Below are positions 1 to 9,652 of a stretch of 38,726 bases of DNA, in pieces. A program made the translations under genes and the position numbers. The notes beneath the pieces were generated by a model. The model had not been told where the DNA came from. It was given only the letters and a program-made list of their open reading frames with translations, and searched no databases. The DNA comes from a virus (Duplodnaviria > Heunggongvirae > Uroviricota > Caudoviricetes): IMG/VR virus record IMGVR_UViG_2541047763_000005, positions 1 through 38,726 of that record, one strand, 5' to 3'. How positions within the stretch are numbered: the stretch's first letter is position 1; each line of letters opens with the position of its first letter.

Positions 1-330
1 TCACTTCAGCGGGTAGTCATCAAACTCACCATAACGCACTTCGTTGATGATGTACGTGATCACCAAAAATATCGCATCCGGACTAGTTCCATCTTCATGC
101 GCAGGCATATGTTCATGCCTACCTGTCTGCAAACCAGTAATAAGCCATTACAGGGTGATAGTGATGCATCAACTACGTTAAGCGCAGAGAAATGATGCAA
201 TGGTGGGCGGACTGGATTGATGAAAAGGTGGGGTGATCCACCTTAACCACTATCGAAGAGCACAAAGCCTTGCAATCCAGTGCAAAGCTTTGTGTGTCTC
301 AGTTTTGTCTCATCGGTAATTATGTGTTCG

Positions 331-633
331 CTACGATGCAAGAATCCATACCAATAAGCATCCGATAATTGGGAAAGAAAAATCCAACAGACTTCCCACA
401 TCCCACACGCGTGGATCAAAACCTCCCCACCACGGCATGTTGATGCGTTTCCCTTTCCCAAACTTTTCTATCCAGCGATATTCTGCCTGGGTGTGTTCAC
501 GCGCAATGAAGAACGTACAACCAGCTATCGATCCGTAAGCCCAGTTTCCGGTAAAAAGACCAACCAGAACTTGTGCGACAACAGCGCAAAGTGCGTGAAG
601 AATTGGTGTTATATCAACTTCTATATTCATCAT
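331..633 (-). CDS. hypothetical small membrane protein (about 100 aa) downstream of the tailspike
   Basis: ORF from the six-frame track; hydrophobic stretches at both ends (ILHALCAVVAQVLVGLFTG, FPIIGCLLVWILAS). No family recognised; could be a moron or host-junction gene. Confidence 0.3.
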   Translation of the reverse strand: MMNIEVDITPILHALCAVVAQVLVGLFTGNWAYGSIAGCTFFIAREHTQAEYRWIEKFGKGKRINMPWWGGFDPRVWDVGSLLDFSFPIIGCLLVWILAS

Positions 634-709
634 AAATAACTCATTCGATTTTCACAAATAAGCCGCCAACAAGAAGACGGCATTAACATTAAAATAATTA
701 TATATGATG

Positions 710-2701
710 CTATTCCTCAATACCTAACCTGCTTGAAACCTCCGGCATAACAGTAACCTGAAGGGTTTTTGATGAATCTGTGTTTTTAATTGCTATGCTG
801 ATATTGTCAGAAGTGCTGTTATTGTTTGACACTGTTATAGAGTTTGCATCCACCCCGAGTTTCGAATAAGCATCAGCAAAACTAAGACCAACACTTCCAC
901 CAACAACTCTATATGAACCATCAATTCTGAATGACGATATATTGTTATTGCTAACATCTCTAATTAGAACCCATATAGAAATCCCCCTGAAAACAAGGCT
1001 TGCCCCTGATGGTATTTGAAGTGATACAGTTCCTGTGGAACCGGGGGGGATACTGCCAGTATATTTAGTTCCGTGCAGATATTTCCCCGGTAGATCTAAA
1101 TACGAGGTGTCTGGCTGTAATAAATTATGTATATGTCTGCTATCTATGCTTCCAGACAGAACCATAGAATCATTTCCATATTCAATTATCCTTCCACCAT
1201 CGTTACTTATTGTAAGTAATCCTTTGTTTCCTTTATTGTTTCTAACAGTTATATCAGAAGAATCCAGACGGACAATTGATATATTTCTTTCTGTTCCATG
1301 ACAATAATTTGATGAAATTTCACCTGTAACAAGTGACGTACATAAAATGTCTGAACTTCCATCACTGTCGCCAGTAATAGTGTTGCAGGAAATTAATGCA
1401 CCATATACCAGACCTGTTGGAGATTCTCCAAATTGCTCTATAGTAATCCGTTTTGTGGTATTTGCTGATATGGTTATATTATGAATATCGTCAGTTTGCG
1501 ATGTTACTTTGATCCTTGATGAAACTGTATTTCCAGAAATAGTAACATTACTTGTATCATCCACCCATAAATATGACGAAAACGTATTACCTGATATGAC
1601 TGAGTTACTCACCATTGAGTTCTCAAGCTCACATGAACCATAGCTATTGTTATGGTCATAATTTCCTATAATCCTTACAAATCCATTCTGGTTAATGAAG
1701 TTGTATGATGTTGCATTTTGTCCGCCATAAGTTGAGTTATGCGATGTTTCAGCATTTGTAACGCCTATATGTTGAAAATGACCGGCATTTACAGAATCAG
1801 GAGCAACTGATGTACACCCTATTACTTTTGTATTTTTGACAGTTCTTGAATTAGGGTCATTCTCCAAATAATAGTTTTTTGCAACAAATGCCGTAGAGTA
1901 AAAGAAACCTTCAAATCTATTAAACAAAATCTGAATATCGTCATAATCTCTTTGGTCTTCATTTGCATAGCAATAAAATGCTCTTGAAGACTCGGAGTAA
2001 TCCTTGCATTTCTGAACACCAGATAAAAGTGATCGGATTCTGCTAGATTTTATTCTAAATCCGTTGTGAATTAACGTTGCATCACCAACCAATGTTATTG
2101 GCTTAAGCAATTCAACCTTATCAAAAACAAATTCACCACCATAAAATCCAAGTATAGCCCCTTCTGGTACTGCATTAATAGCATTTTGAATTGCTACAGT
2201 ATCATCTGTTATGCCGTCTCCTTTTGCACCAAAATCACTAACACTAATGTGCTCGGCATTTTTTTGATGCTGCGTCCTTCTTATTGACAAGGTGAATGGT
2301 TGTTTTACTGCTATTAATGCATCTCCAAGATCATCACCTGAACTTGCTAACTCCTGCCTTAACTGATCCGGGTCATACTTCAGCACATTAGGAAAATAGA
2401 ACTGCTGCGCACCATATGCATCATATACAGCCATAGAATGGCCTTGCACAGTTACGAATTTGGCAATCTGCCCGTTATATACCGGATATCCAGCAGCGTT
2501 AATGATGATTGGTTGCGAAACAGGAACATGAGAGCCGTCTTCGTTCTCTACATAAACCGGAATCTGGTTTTCAGTATTTACCGGGTCCGTGTCAATTTTA
2601 CCGATATAAATTTTGCCATTGGCTACGGCTTTAAAAGAACGAGCCATAGTGAAGAGTTGCGAAGGCATGCTCACTACAACATTGGCTGTAATGTCTGTCA
2701 T
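710..2701 (-). CDS. tailspike protein, P22 gp9-type N-terminal head-binding domain with a different receptor-binding domain
   Basis: 663-aa ORF. N-terminus [11 protein letters not shown]...[34 protein letters not shown]...QP.IINAAG...[12 protein letters not shown]...NVLKYDPDQ closely matches the P22 tailspike N-terminal domain as I recall it; the rest diverges, with beta-helix-like repeats. Confidence 0.85.
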   Translation of the reverse strand: MTDITANVVVSMPSQLFTMARSFKAVANGKIYIGKIDTDPVNTENQIPVYVENEDGSHVPVSQPIIINAAGYPVYNGQIAKFVTVQGHSMAVYDAYGAQQFYFPNVLKYDPDQLRQELASSGDDLGDALIAVKQPFTLSIRRTQHQKNAEHISVSDFGAKGDGITDDTVAIQNAINAVPEGAILGFYGGEFVFDKVELLKPITLVGDATLIHNGFRIKSSRIRSLLSGVQKCKDYSESSRAFYCYANEDQRDYDDIQILFNRFEGFFYSTAFVAKNYYLENDPNSRTVKNTKVIGCTSVAPDSVNAGHFQHIGVTNAETSHNSTYGGQNATSYNFINQNGFVRIIGNYDHNNSYGSCELENSMVSNSVISGNTFSSYLWVDDTSNVTISGNTVSSRIKVTSQTDDIHNITISANTTKRITIEQFGESPTGLVYGALISCNTITGDSDGSSDILCTSLVTGEISSNYCHGTERNISIVRLDSSDITVRNNKGNKGLLTISNDGGRIIEYGNDSMVLSGSIDSRHIHNLLQPDTSYLDLPGKYLHGTKYTGSIPPGSTGTVSLQIPSGASLVFRGISIWVLIRDVSNNNISSFRIDGSYRVVGGSVGLSFADAYSKLGVDANSITVSNNNSTSDNISIAIKNTDSSKTLQVTVMPEVSSRLGIEE

Positions 2702-2757
2702 TTAATTTGCTCCAGATACAAGGAATCGCCGCAGCGTGGCCACGGTGAATTTTGGGC

Positions 2758-2783
2758 ATAAAAAAACCCAGCCGAAGCTGGGT
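2758..2783 (-). terminator. rho-independent terminator between ant and tailspike
   Basis: On the minus strand: stem CCCAGC, loop TTCG, stem GCTGGG, then a T7 run (plus-strand A-run 2760-2766). Same position as the ant terminator of P22. Confidence 0.55.
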
Positions 2784-2801
2784 AGTTGCGTTGGTTATCT
2801 G

Positions 2802-3731
2802 TCAGTAGTTATGTACTGAAGGAGGTAATTCTTTATTCTTAAGTCTCATCCATGCGGAAAGATTCGTTGGTCCGTCTGGCTCATTAATATCAACATCTCG
2901 TGTGTGGTTTATTAAAACGTCTCTCGCCATTCCGATAACATACGAGAATTCATGACCGTAGTCGTAGCATCTGCCGGAATAGTTCGATTGAATTTGTTTT
3001 AATGCCGGATACAGTTCGCGGAATAATGCCTGTGAACGGTTAGCATAATCCCATAGCCATACAAGGCTGTTTGCTTCTTTTGCAGAAAGCTCGTTTGCTT
3101 TCTTCTCTTGTTTGCCGATGAATTCACCTTCAAGCGGAACTCGAGCTGCAAGTGACAGTGCTTCGGTAAACTGCTCCTCACTGATTTCTTTGTACGAACA
3201 TCCAAAATGGGATTTCAGTGACGACCACATGGTGATCATCGCCTTAGCCTGCTTTTCTTTTGGTAGAGACTGACCGCGACTCATGACGAGTTGTTTAATG
3301 GCTTCCTGCTGTTCAGTGGTTATTTTACCCGGCAACGCCTTTTTAGCTTTGCGTGGGTTAACTACATGGCCTTTAGTCCAGTACTCGTAGAGCACATCGT
3401 CACACTCTTCCTGATACTGGATTACCTTGTCGCGGATTTCAGGGCGGACTTTGTTTGGACTGATGGTTTGCAGCCAGCCAGCAAGTTTGCGAAGTGCCAA
3501 ACAAATAATCTCACGGCACTGTTCATCACCAGGAAGCTGCATTGTGATTTTCACAATGGAGGTTTTAAACCGTTGCTTTATTTTCGTAAACTGTGAAGCC
3601 CAATCCATACCCATACCTTCAACGATAGGTTTCATTGGGGTGTACGGCTCACCGTTGTGATTGACGACATAAAGCTCTGCGCCGTGGAATGGCACGTTGA
3701 TAGTAGATACTGGAGTTGCTATACTTTTCAT
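2802..3731 (-). CDS. ant: antirepressor Ant (immI region)
   Basis: 309-aa ORF directly downstream of arc and divergent from mnt, the P22 immI arrangement; N-terminal region resembles the AntA-type antirepressor domain (recollection). Confidence 0.7.
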   Translation of the reverse strand: MKSIATPVSTINVPFHGAELYVVNHNGEPYTPMKPIVEGMGMDWASQFTKIKQRFKTSIVKITMQLPGDEQCREIICLALRKLAGWLQTISPNKVRPEIRDKVIQYQEECDDVLYEYWTKGHVVNPRKAKKALPGKITTEQQEAIKQLVMSRGQSLPKEKQAKAMITMWSSLKSHFGCSYKEISEEQFTEALSLAARVPLEGEFIGKQEKKANELSAKEANSLVWLWDYANRSQALFRELYPALKQIQSNYSGRCYDYGHEFSYVIGMARDVLINHTRDVDINEPDGPTNLSAWMRLKNKELPPSVHNY

Positions 3732-3797
3732 GTCAGTTTTTCCTCAAAATTTACTGGCGATTTAAGCCCGAGCTACTCGCAATAGCTTGGGCTTTAC

Positions 3798-3944
3798 TCA
3801 TTCTGGACAAACAATTCCATCCTTAGCTACTGACTCCTTTAGTCTCCTCAATACCTCATTACTGAACGACCGATCATCCTTTTTCGCGGACTGCTCCAAA
3901 GCCTTTTCCAGCCATTCTGGCATCCTTAATGTCTTAACTTTCAT
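3798..3944 (-). CDS. arc: Arc-like ribbon-helix-helix repressor (48 aa, below the ORF-track cutoff)
   Basis: Hand translation MKVKTLRMPEWLEKALEQSAKKDDRSFSNEVLRRLKESVAKDGIVCPE; aligns with P22 Arc in the beta-strand and first helix (RSVNSEIYQRV versus RSFSNEVLRRL). Sits between mnt and ant. Confidence 0.7.
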   Translation of the reverse strand: MKVKTLRMPEWLEKALEQSAKKDDRSFSNEVLRRLKESVAKDGIVCPE

Positions 3945-4048
3945 TTTTGCTCCTTTGTATGTGGTACGCATACATAGTATTTAGGTACGCATTGATAGTC
4001 AATAGATACCTACATATCCTGTGGTAAATAATTATTCAGGATGCGCCG
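3945..4048. promoter_or_regulatory. divergent arc-ant / mnt promoter-operator region
   Basis: 104-bp gap between the divergent arc and mnt starts. Inverted repeats GTATG-TGGTACG-CATAC (3957-3973) and AGGTA...TACCT (3983-4011); GGTACGCAT occurs twice. Candidate Arc/Mnt operators by analogy with P22. Confidence 0.45.
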
Positions 4049-4300
4049 ATGTCTGATCGTAAGTACAAAAACCCTCAAGTGAATCTGAGGCTTCCTGTAG
4101 AGATAAAGGAACGTCTTATTGAGCTGGCTGAGGCTAATTCTCGTTCATTAAATGCTGAGATGGTAGCAGCACTTGAGGCATGGACTGAAAAAAATAAACA
4201 TATTCAAGCACTAGATATTGCAACTATAGCATCGCGGTTGATAGAGCTTGAGCATGAGGTTGAGAAGTTAAAATGTATGCATGGCAACGGTGAAAAATGA
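4049..4300 (+). CDS. mnt: Mnt-like ribbon-helix-helix repressor
   Basis: 83-aa ORF, the same length as P22 Mnt; N-terminal RHH motif NLRLPVEIKERLIELAEANSRSLNAEMVAAL parallels P22 Mnt NFRMPMEVREKLKFRAEANGRSMNSELL; divergent from arc-ant. Confidence 0.75.
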   Translation: MSDRKYKNPQVNLRLPVEIKERLIELAEANSRSLNAEMVAALEAWTEKNKHIQALDIATIASRLIELEHEVEKLKCMHGNGEK

Positions 4301-4611
4301 AACGCATCGCTATTTTGTTAATATTGTTCTTCTCTACAATAGTTTGCGCCAAACAAAAATCAGATAATGGCGATCTTAAAGGCCTGCAAGAACTCATGAT
4401 AACTTCGAAATTTGCTGGCATGTGCGGCACAATCAAACAAATGGCAACATTTCAAGAATCAACAAAAATGCCTGGCGGAGATGAGTTCTTACAGCGTTTT
4501 CTGACCACAGAGCAAGCAAGACTTGGAATGAATCCACAGGAGTTTCTTGAAGCATGCCAGAAGTCAATTTCAGCTTATACCAATTATTACAATCTAACTT
4601 CTGATAAATAA
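4297..4611 (+). CDS. small secreted protein, likely moron, translationally coupled to mnt
   Basis: 104-aa ORF whose ATG overlaps the mnt stop (ATGA). N-terminal signal-peptide-like sequence MKRIAILLILFFSTIVCAKQ. The DNA is visibly AT-rich compared with its flanks. Confidence 0.5.
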   Translation: MKRIAILLILFFSTIVCAKQKSDNGDLKGLQELMITSKFAGMCGTIKQMATFQESTKMPGGDEFLQRFLTTEQARLGMNPQEFLEACQKSISAYTNYYNLTSDK

Positions 4612-4636
4612 TAGAAAGGATTTTATAAATAACTTT

Positions 4637-5122
4637 ATGAAAAAATCACTATTAATTATCCCGCTTCTGCTGGCTGGATGCGCAAAAGTAAGTGACTATC
4701 AAGCAAGTTGCGAACAACGCTATCAAAAGCTTAGCGATATGGCTAATTGCCTTGATGCCAGTGTGAAGAACGACTCACGCATGGCATCAGCACCAACACC
4801 TAAGCTGTATGTCCTTGCTGCAAAGATGCTCGGGCAAGGTGTCGATGAAGGAAAGATAAGTGACGCACAGGCAAGACTTGAGCTTCAGAATCTTTATGTT
4901 CAATTACAAAGCCAAGAACAAGCCCAACAAATAGCACAAAGCCAAGCATTCCAGCAGGCTTTATTGAATTATCAGGCTGTAAACACAATGCAAGCGATCG
5001 AGCAAAAAGCGCGCCAGCCTGTTATAACTCAACCTTACCCAACACGCGTTGACACATATACAAACTGCAATTCAGGATTTGGAAACGCGGTAACATGCAA
5101 CAGTAGCAGTAACATCAGATAA
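4637..5122 (+). CDS. lipoprotein (lipobox LLAGC), likely moron
   Basis: 161-aa ORF; MKKSLLIIPLLLAGC is a canonical lipoprotein signal with lipobox Cys; Gln-rich central region; Cys-containing C-terminus. Same strand as mnt, convergent with the structural operon. Confidence 0.55.
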   Translation: MKKSLLIIPLLLAGCAKVSDYQASCEQRYQKLSDMANCLDASVKNDSRMASAPTPKLYVLAAKMLGQGVDEGKISDAQARLELQNLYVQLQSQEQAQQIAQSQAFQQALLNYQAVNTMQAIEQKARQPVITQPYPTRVDTYTNCNSGFGNAVTCNSSSNIR

Positions 5123-5212
5123 CAATCAGCAAAGGTATCGCCTATGCAGAGGAATACGATAAACCTCGCGTTCTACATATTTGGTTTTTGCACGTTCCTG
5201 GTGTTTGAAAGG

Positions 5213-7210
5213 CTATTCTGACAACGAATCAGACTTAGCACCCTGCGTCAGTGCATTAATCGCTTTTTGCGCTTGCTGCATGGCTTTCTCAAACGCTGTC
5301 GATCCGCGTGGTGTGTTTGCCATTCGGAGCATTGCATTTCTGAATGGTTCGCTCTCATAGGCGCGAGTAAGAAGTCCGTAGCTTACCGCTGCGCCAGTTG
5401 TCGCCGGGTTCATTGCTGTCCCATACCCGATAATGAACGGGATGGTTTGCTGCCCTGTTGGTGTTGTTACTGCCGCTTTTGCAGCCTGCTGCGTGGATTG
5501 CAGGTAGTTTTTCAATCCTTTCAGATAAGCAGCGTCCTGCCCCTTAAATGTGATGCCAGTCTGGTTTTGCAGGATGTTAAGCTGTCGAAGGAACTGATCA
5601 GGGGAACCACCTGATTTCTCCATCGCCTTTCCAATGATGCCATTGCGCATTTGCGCCCTGCCAACACGACCAACTGAGTTATACAGCGTCTTAATTTCCG
5701 ATTTGTTCTTGCTGAATAGCATGTTGTTGACAACTTCCGGCGTCAGGTCGCCTTTCATGAGAACATTCTTCAGCATGGTATTCTTTAGTTTCGCCGCTTC
5801 GTCAGCGTAGACGGCATTGGCCTGCTGATATTTACGGAGAGTATCGTTGCCAAGATTCTGACCAATGGCACCATTGATATCGTCGGTCATTGCCTTGTAA
5901 ACGCGCTGAATGGCAGCATCGGAACGGTTTGGTAACACTGGTCGCTCACCCTTCACATCCATTCTGAACTGGCTGCGCAGATCGCTTAATTGCTTCAAAT
6001 CCAGATTTACCGGACCATCAGGACCAGCATTGCGAACAAGCTCATCACGATAGGACTGAAGTTTTGAAATAGTCTCGTTATCAGCAACCTTACCAAGCTT
6101 CTGCAGGTTAGATATTTCTGTATCAATCTGCTGAATTGCTCTTGCAGGCTGAATGTTTATTCCCGCCATAGCATTCTGAACCTGCTCCAGTCGATTACCG
6201 GCGGCACGACGAATTCCTGATGTTTTCGCTTTAAGGCTGTCAATAACAACCGCTGGATCATACTCACCGAATTTATCAGCAAATCTCTGAACCAACTGGC
6301 TTCTCGCTTCCTGTTGCGTTGCTCTCATTCCGCTTGTGCCAGCCAGGGGGATATTTTCTGCTGTCGTTTGCGCCATTTTTCCGACGCGGGAAGTAGGCTG
6401 TAACAGGTCTGTGGTGTGCAGAGGAACTCCTTCACGCTCTGCAAATCTGATAGCCTGCTGCGCTTCTGGCGCAATAGCACCACGAACGCCACGATAAGCA
6501 GCACCTAATCCACGTCCGGCAGCGTTAATAGCACCGCCAGCCAGAACGCCAACGCCTAAATCGGTGGCGAGTGCTTCCGCATCATCTTTCGCACTATTTG
6601 CAGCAAGTGATCCAACTGCGTTTTCTGCTAGAAGGCGAGTTGCCCCCTGAGCAATTCGACCAGCAAGTGTTGGTGCCTGTGCTGCCGCTCTCTCAACGCC
6701 AGCAGGAGTGAGGTAAGGCAATGCTTCAGCAAATACCCTTCCCTCTGTCGTTTGTGGAGTGAGCGCGCCTTGCTGAAGGCCAAAGTCCTGCTCTAACCCC
6801 TGCGTTGTTACTCGTGGCGCTGGTTGATATGTACCATCGCCAATGCCGAGTTTACCGCCAGCCCATGCCGCCGCGCTTGTTACAGCATCGGCAACTGATG
6901 CAGGTATGTTTGCCACGTTCACGCCAGCCTGCACCAGTCCGCGACCAGTTTCTTTCACGGCTTCACCAAGATCCGACATAAATCCACTTTGCTGTGGTTG
7001 TTGCTGTGATACTGGTTGTTGTGTCTCCACTGGCTGCACAGATGGCAATGGATAGGCAGCATAGAAAGCTTGCTTAGCCTGCTCTGCATTTTCTCCGGCT
7101 TGCGGGGCAACGACTTCATTGAAGTATTGCTCCTGAGCCTGCGCTTTTTGTTCTGGTGCTAACGCCTGATACTGTGGAGAGGCGATAACATCTTTCCATG
7201 CTTTAGCCAT
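5213..7210 (-). CDS. ejection (internal virion) protein, P22 gp16-like
   Basis: 665-aa Ala/Gly/Gln-rich ORF at the gp16 position, last gene of the ejection-protein trio before the immI region. Confidence 0.7.
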   Translation of the reverse strand: MAKAWKDVIASPQYQALAPEQKAQAQEQYFNEVVAPQAGENAEQAKQAFYAAYPLPSVQPVETQQPVSQQQPQQSGFMSDLGEAVKETGRGLVQAGVNVANIPASVADAVTSAAAWAGGKLGIGDGTYQPAPRVTTQGLEQDFGLQQGALTPQTTEGRVFAEALPYLTPAGVERAAAQAPTLAGRIAQGATRLLAENAVGSLAANSAKDDAEALATDLGVGVLAGGAINAAGRGLGAAYRGVRGAIAPEAQQAIRFAEREGVPLHTTDLLQPTSRVGKMAQTTAENIPLAGTSGMRATQQEARSQLVQRFADKFGEYDPAVVIDSLKAKTSGIRRAAGNRLEQVQNAMAGINIQPARAIQQIDTEISNLQKLGKVADNETISKLQSYRDELVRNAGPDGPVNLDLKQLSDLRSQFRMDVKGERPVLPNRSDAAIQRVYKAMTDDINGAIGQNLGNDTLRKYQQANAVYADEAAKLKNTMLKNVLMKGDLTPEVVNNMLFSKNKSEIKTLYNSVGRVGRAQMRNGIIGKAMEKSGGSPDQFLRQLNILQNQTGITFKGQDAAYLKGLKNYLQSTQQAAKAAVTTPTGQQTIPFIIGYGTAMNPATTGAAVSYGLLTRAYESEPFRNAMLRMANTPRGSTAFEKAMQQAQKAINALTQGAKSDSLSE

Positions 7211-8511
7211 TAATCACCCCATAGCGAAGAAAAGTTACTGCCAGTAGTAGATTGTTGCCCTGGCATATTCTGCACCGGCTCCTGATAATCAAACTGTTTT
7301 TTAACAGTGCTCAACTTGCTTTCAAGCTGATTTCTAATCTTTCCGATAGAGTCACGAAAAGCCTTTTCACTCATTTTGGGGCTTAGGGCACCAACCGCAT
7401 CGGATAATTTTTTACCCTCTGCATCTGAAAGAGCGCCCATACCCTTCAGGGACTGCACCATAGGAAGGAATGTTTGAGCTTTAAAGGTGTCGAGCCTTGC
7501 TTCAAAGTTAGCCGCATCAGAGCCAGGAACTGTCGGAAACGCTGAGCGAATTCCTACTGCTTTTGAAAGGCCGGGGCTTTGCTCTATCTCGTTGAGAGAA
7601 TCAAGCGCGGTGCTGAACGTATCAACTGCACCCTGAGCGGCGGCCTGCCTGTCAGCGCGGGCTATGTCAGCCTTTTGCCGAACATCTGCCTGTTTCTGTT
7701 TTAGCTCTTCAAGCTTTAACTGATTGCTTTCTCTGGCTATCTGTCTGTCCAGAGCCTTTTCTTGTAATTCTGCTCTTTGTATTTCTCGGGAAAGAGCAGC
7801 ATTCTGTGCGCTGATGTTCTGTCCACGTATCTGGATGTCCTGACCTCGAGCTGTTAGTGCTTCTCCTGCCTGATTGCTGCGGATTGTCTCTGCCAGCCTG
7901 CCTCGGTCAATCTCACGACCAGCCATCTTGTCCTGAACATTGAAGTAATCAATCGGACCAAGAGCAGCCATTCCAAGGTGATCAACAAACTCACCAAATC
8001 CTGAAGGATTCTGCTGATACATCTGAGCAACGTTATTAGGGTCAACACCGACGCGAGTCAGTTCCTTGGCGTTGTTTTGCAGCCATGATTGCATTGCTTC
8101 TGGAGACGATGACGCAAGGCGTGCGCCAGCCGCTAAGGTACCGATGGAATTGCGCTGGTCTTCGTCTGCCCACTTCATACCAGACTGAATCTTCTCTAAT
8201 TGACCAGGATATTTGGTCATCAGATTTCGAACCTGCTGTCGATCGCCGGACTGGATGGCTGCCGCATATTCTTTTTGGAATGCAGCATCCGCTTCCTGTT
8301 GCTTTGCGGCTTGATATGCTTGAGCGACACTACCAAGACCCTGCAACGCCTGAAGGCCGATGTTATTGCGACCTGAGCGCTCCATTTCGTTGTTCTGGCG
8401 AATATAGGCCAACGCCTCACTTACATCACTTGCCTTTGGCGCATTTGAGTTTTGCCCACCGATACCAGCAAGAAAGCCGCCTGAGTTGATTCCTTGTTGC
8501 CAAGTAGCCAT
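7210..8511 (-). CDS. ejection protein, P22 gp20-like
   Basis: 433-aa ORF between the gp7-like and gp16-like genes; coiled-coil and Gln/Ala-rich composition; start overlaps the neighbouring stop. Confidence 0.7.
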   Translation of the reverse strand: MATWQQGINSGGFLAGIGGQNSNAPKASDVSEALAYIRQNNEMERSGRNNIGLQALQGLGSVAQAYQAAKQQEADAAFQKEYAAAIQSGDRQQVRNLMTKYPGQLEKIQSGMKWADEDQRNSIGTLAAGARLASSSPEAMQSWLQNNAKELTRVGVDPNNVAQMYQQNPSGFGEFVDHLGMAALGPIDYFNVQDKMAGREIDRGRLAETIRSNQAGEALTARGQDIQIRGQNISAQNAALSREIQRAELQEKALDRQIARESNQLKLEELKQKQADVRQKADIARADRQAAAQGAVDTFSTALDSLNEIEQSPGLSKAVGIRSAFPTVPGSDAANFEARLDTFKAQTFLPMVQSLKGMGALSDAEGKKLSDAVGALSPKMSEKAFRDSIGKIRNQLESKLSTVKKQFDYQEPVQNMPGQQSTTGSNFSSLWGD

Positions 8512-8520
8512 ATTCCCACC

Positions 8521-9195
8521 TTAAAACAATGATCCAAGCCCACCGATAATACCGCCACCAATAGCGCCAACAGCTGTACCTATTCCAGGCACCACAGAGC
8601 CAATCATCGCCCCTGATGCAGCACCGCTCATGGCACCTCCCAAGGCTGATTGCAGTCCTGATGGTCGGTTAGCATTAGCCGCAGATGCTGCCGCCTGCTG
8701 TTGATACAATTGGCTGACGTTGTTAGCGTAGTTCTGTCCGGCATTTGCCTGACCTGTAAGAGCACCAAGGCCGATATTTGCCAGATTGTTGTAGTTGTTC
8801 ATCTGACCTGACAGCCAGTTTTGACCGAGTGTAGGTGCGATTGCTGCTAACTGGTTTCCTGTTGCTGTAGAGCCTAATCCACCAGTTGCCTCTGCTGCTG
8901 CCAGACTCTGATAGCGCGCCTGCCCTGCAAGGTCTTTATACTGCTGAGAGTTGTAATACTGGTTAAGCGCCTTACCTTGCCCCTGAAGAGAGGAAAGATT
9001 TTGCAACTCTGATACGTACTGCTGAGCGAGTGGCGTAAACGGTGCAAGGTTCTGCATGTTCGTTTGCCACATTTCACGCTGCAGTTCGATGCCCTTTTCA
9101 GTGGCGCGTGCCTGGGCTTTTGAACCGCCATCACCGCCACCTTTGCAGTAAACAGTTTTGCTGAGGTGCTTATTGGCAATCTGGAAAATTAACAT
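8521..9195 (-). CDS. ejection protein, P22 gp7-like
   Basis: 224-aa ORF (P22 gp7 is about 229 aa); contains KAQARATEKGIELQREMW and a Gly-rich hydrophobic C-terminus. The start may lie downstream of the listed one because of overlap with the preceding gene. Confidence 0.65.
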   Translation of the reverse strand: MLIFQIANKHLSKTVYCKGGGDGGSKAQARATEKGIELQREMWQTNMQNLAPFTPLAQQYVSELQNLSSLQGQGKALNQYYNSQQYKDLAGQARYQSLAAAEATGGLGSTATGNQLAAIAPTLGQNWLSGQMNNYNNLANIGLGALTGQANAGQNYANNVSQLYQQQAAASAANANRPSGLQSALGGAMSGAASGAMIGSVVPGIGTAVGAIGGGIIGGLGSLF

Positions 9196-9652
9196 TCTTT
9201 AGCTCCTCGTATTTTGAGCGCGGTAACTGATAAATCGTGATGCCTACAGGCTTTCCATTGCTGGTATAAGCATCATCAAGGTGACCAACACGGGTAGCGC
9301 CAAGCAAACGGATAATTGACCGTCCGTATTTCGTGGTGTCAGGAACCATAGTGATGCTGTTAAGGAATGGTGAGTTTTCGAGAAGCCATTTGCAGAATAA
9401 TCGATGCCCTTGCAGTGCATATTCGCCACGGAATCCGGGGTCGTACACCGCATGGCATTCAACAACGCTATGCCAGAAGTTACGCACTTCATGCACTCCG
9501 ACCAGCATCAGTCCTTCGTAGATGCCGAGGTATACCGCATCAGGCTTGATGTAGTATTTGTCTCCACTGTCTACGATATTTCCCGTGTTTGCCGGGTTGT
9601 TGAGGAATTCTGCAAGCTTCACCGGATTATCGATGAGCTTTATTTCCATCAC
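9170..9652 (-). CDS. head assembly protein, P22 gp14-like
   Basis: 160-aa ORF between the tail needle and gp7-like genes; assignment by position and size. Confidence 0.6.
   Translation of the reverse strand: MMEIKLIDNPVKLAEFLNNPANTGNIVDSGDKYYIKPDAVYLGIYEGLMLVGVHEVRNFWHSVVECHAVYDPGFRGEYALQGHRLFCKWLLENSPFLNSITMVPDTTKYGRSIIRLLGATRVGHLDDAYTSNGKPVGITIYQLPRSKYEELKNVNFPDCQ

Noticed and set aside
243-461. 72-aa minus-strand ORF overlapping the 331..633 ORF
   Set aside because: It overlaps the longer ORF in another frame with no independent start signal; most likely non-coding.
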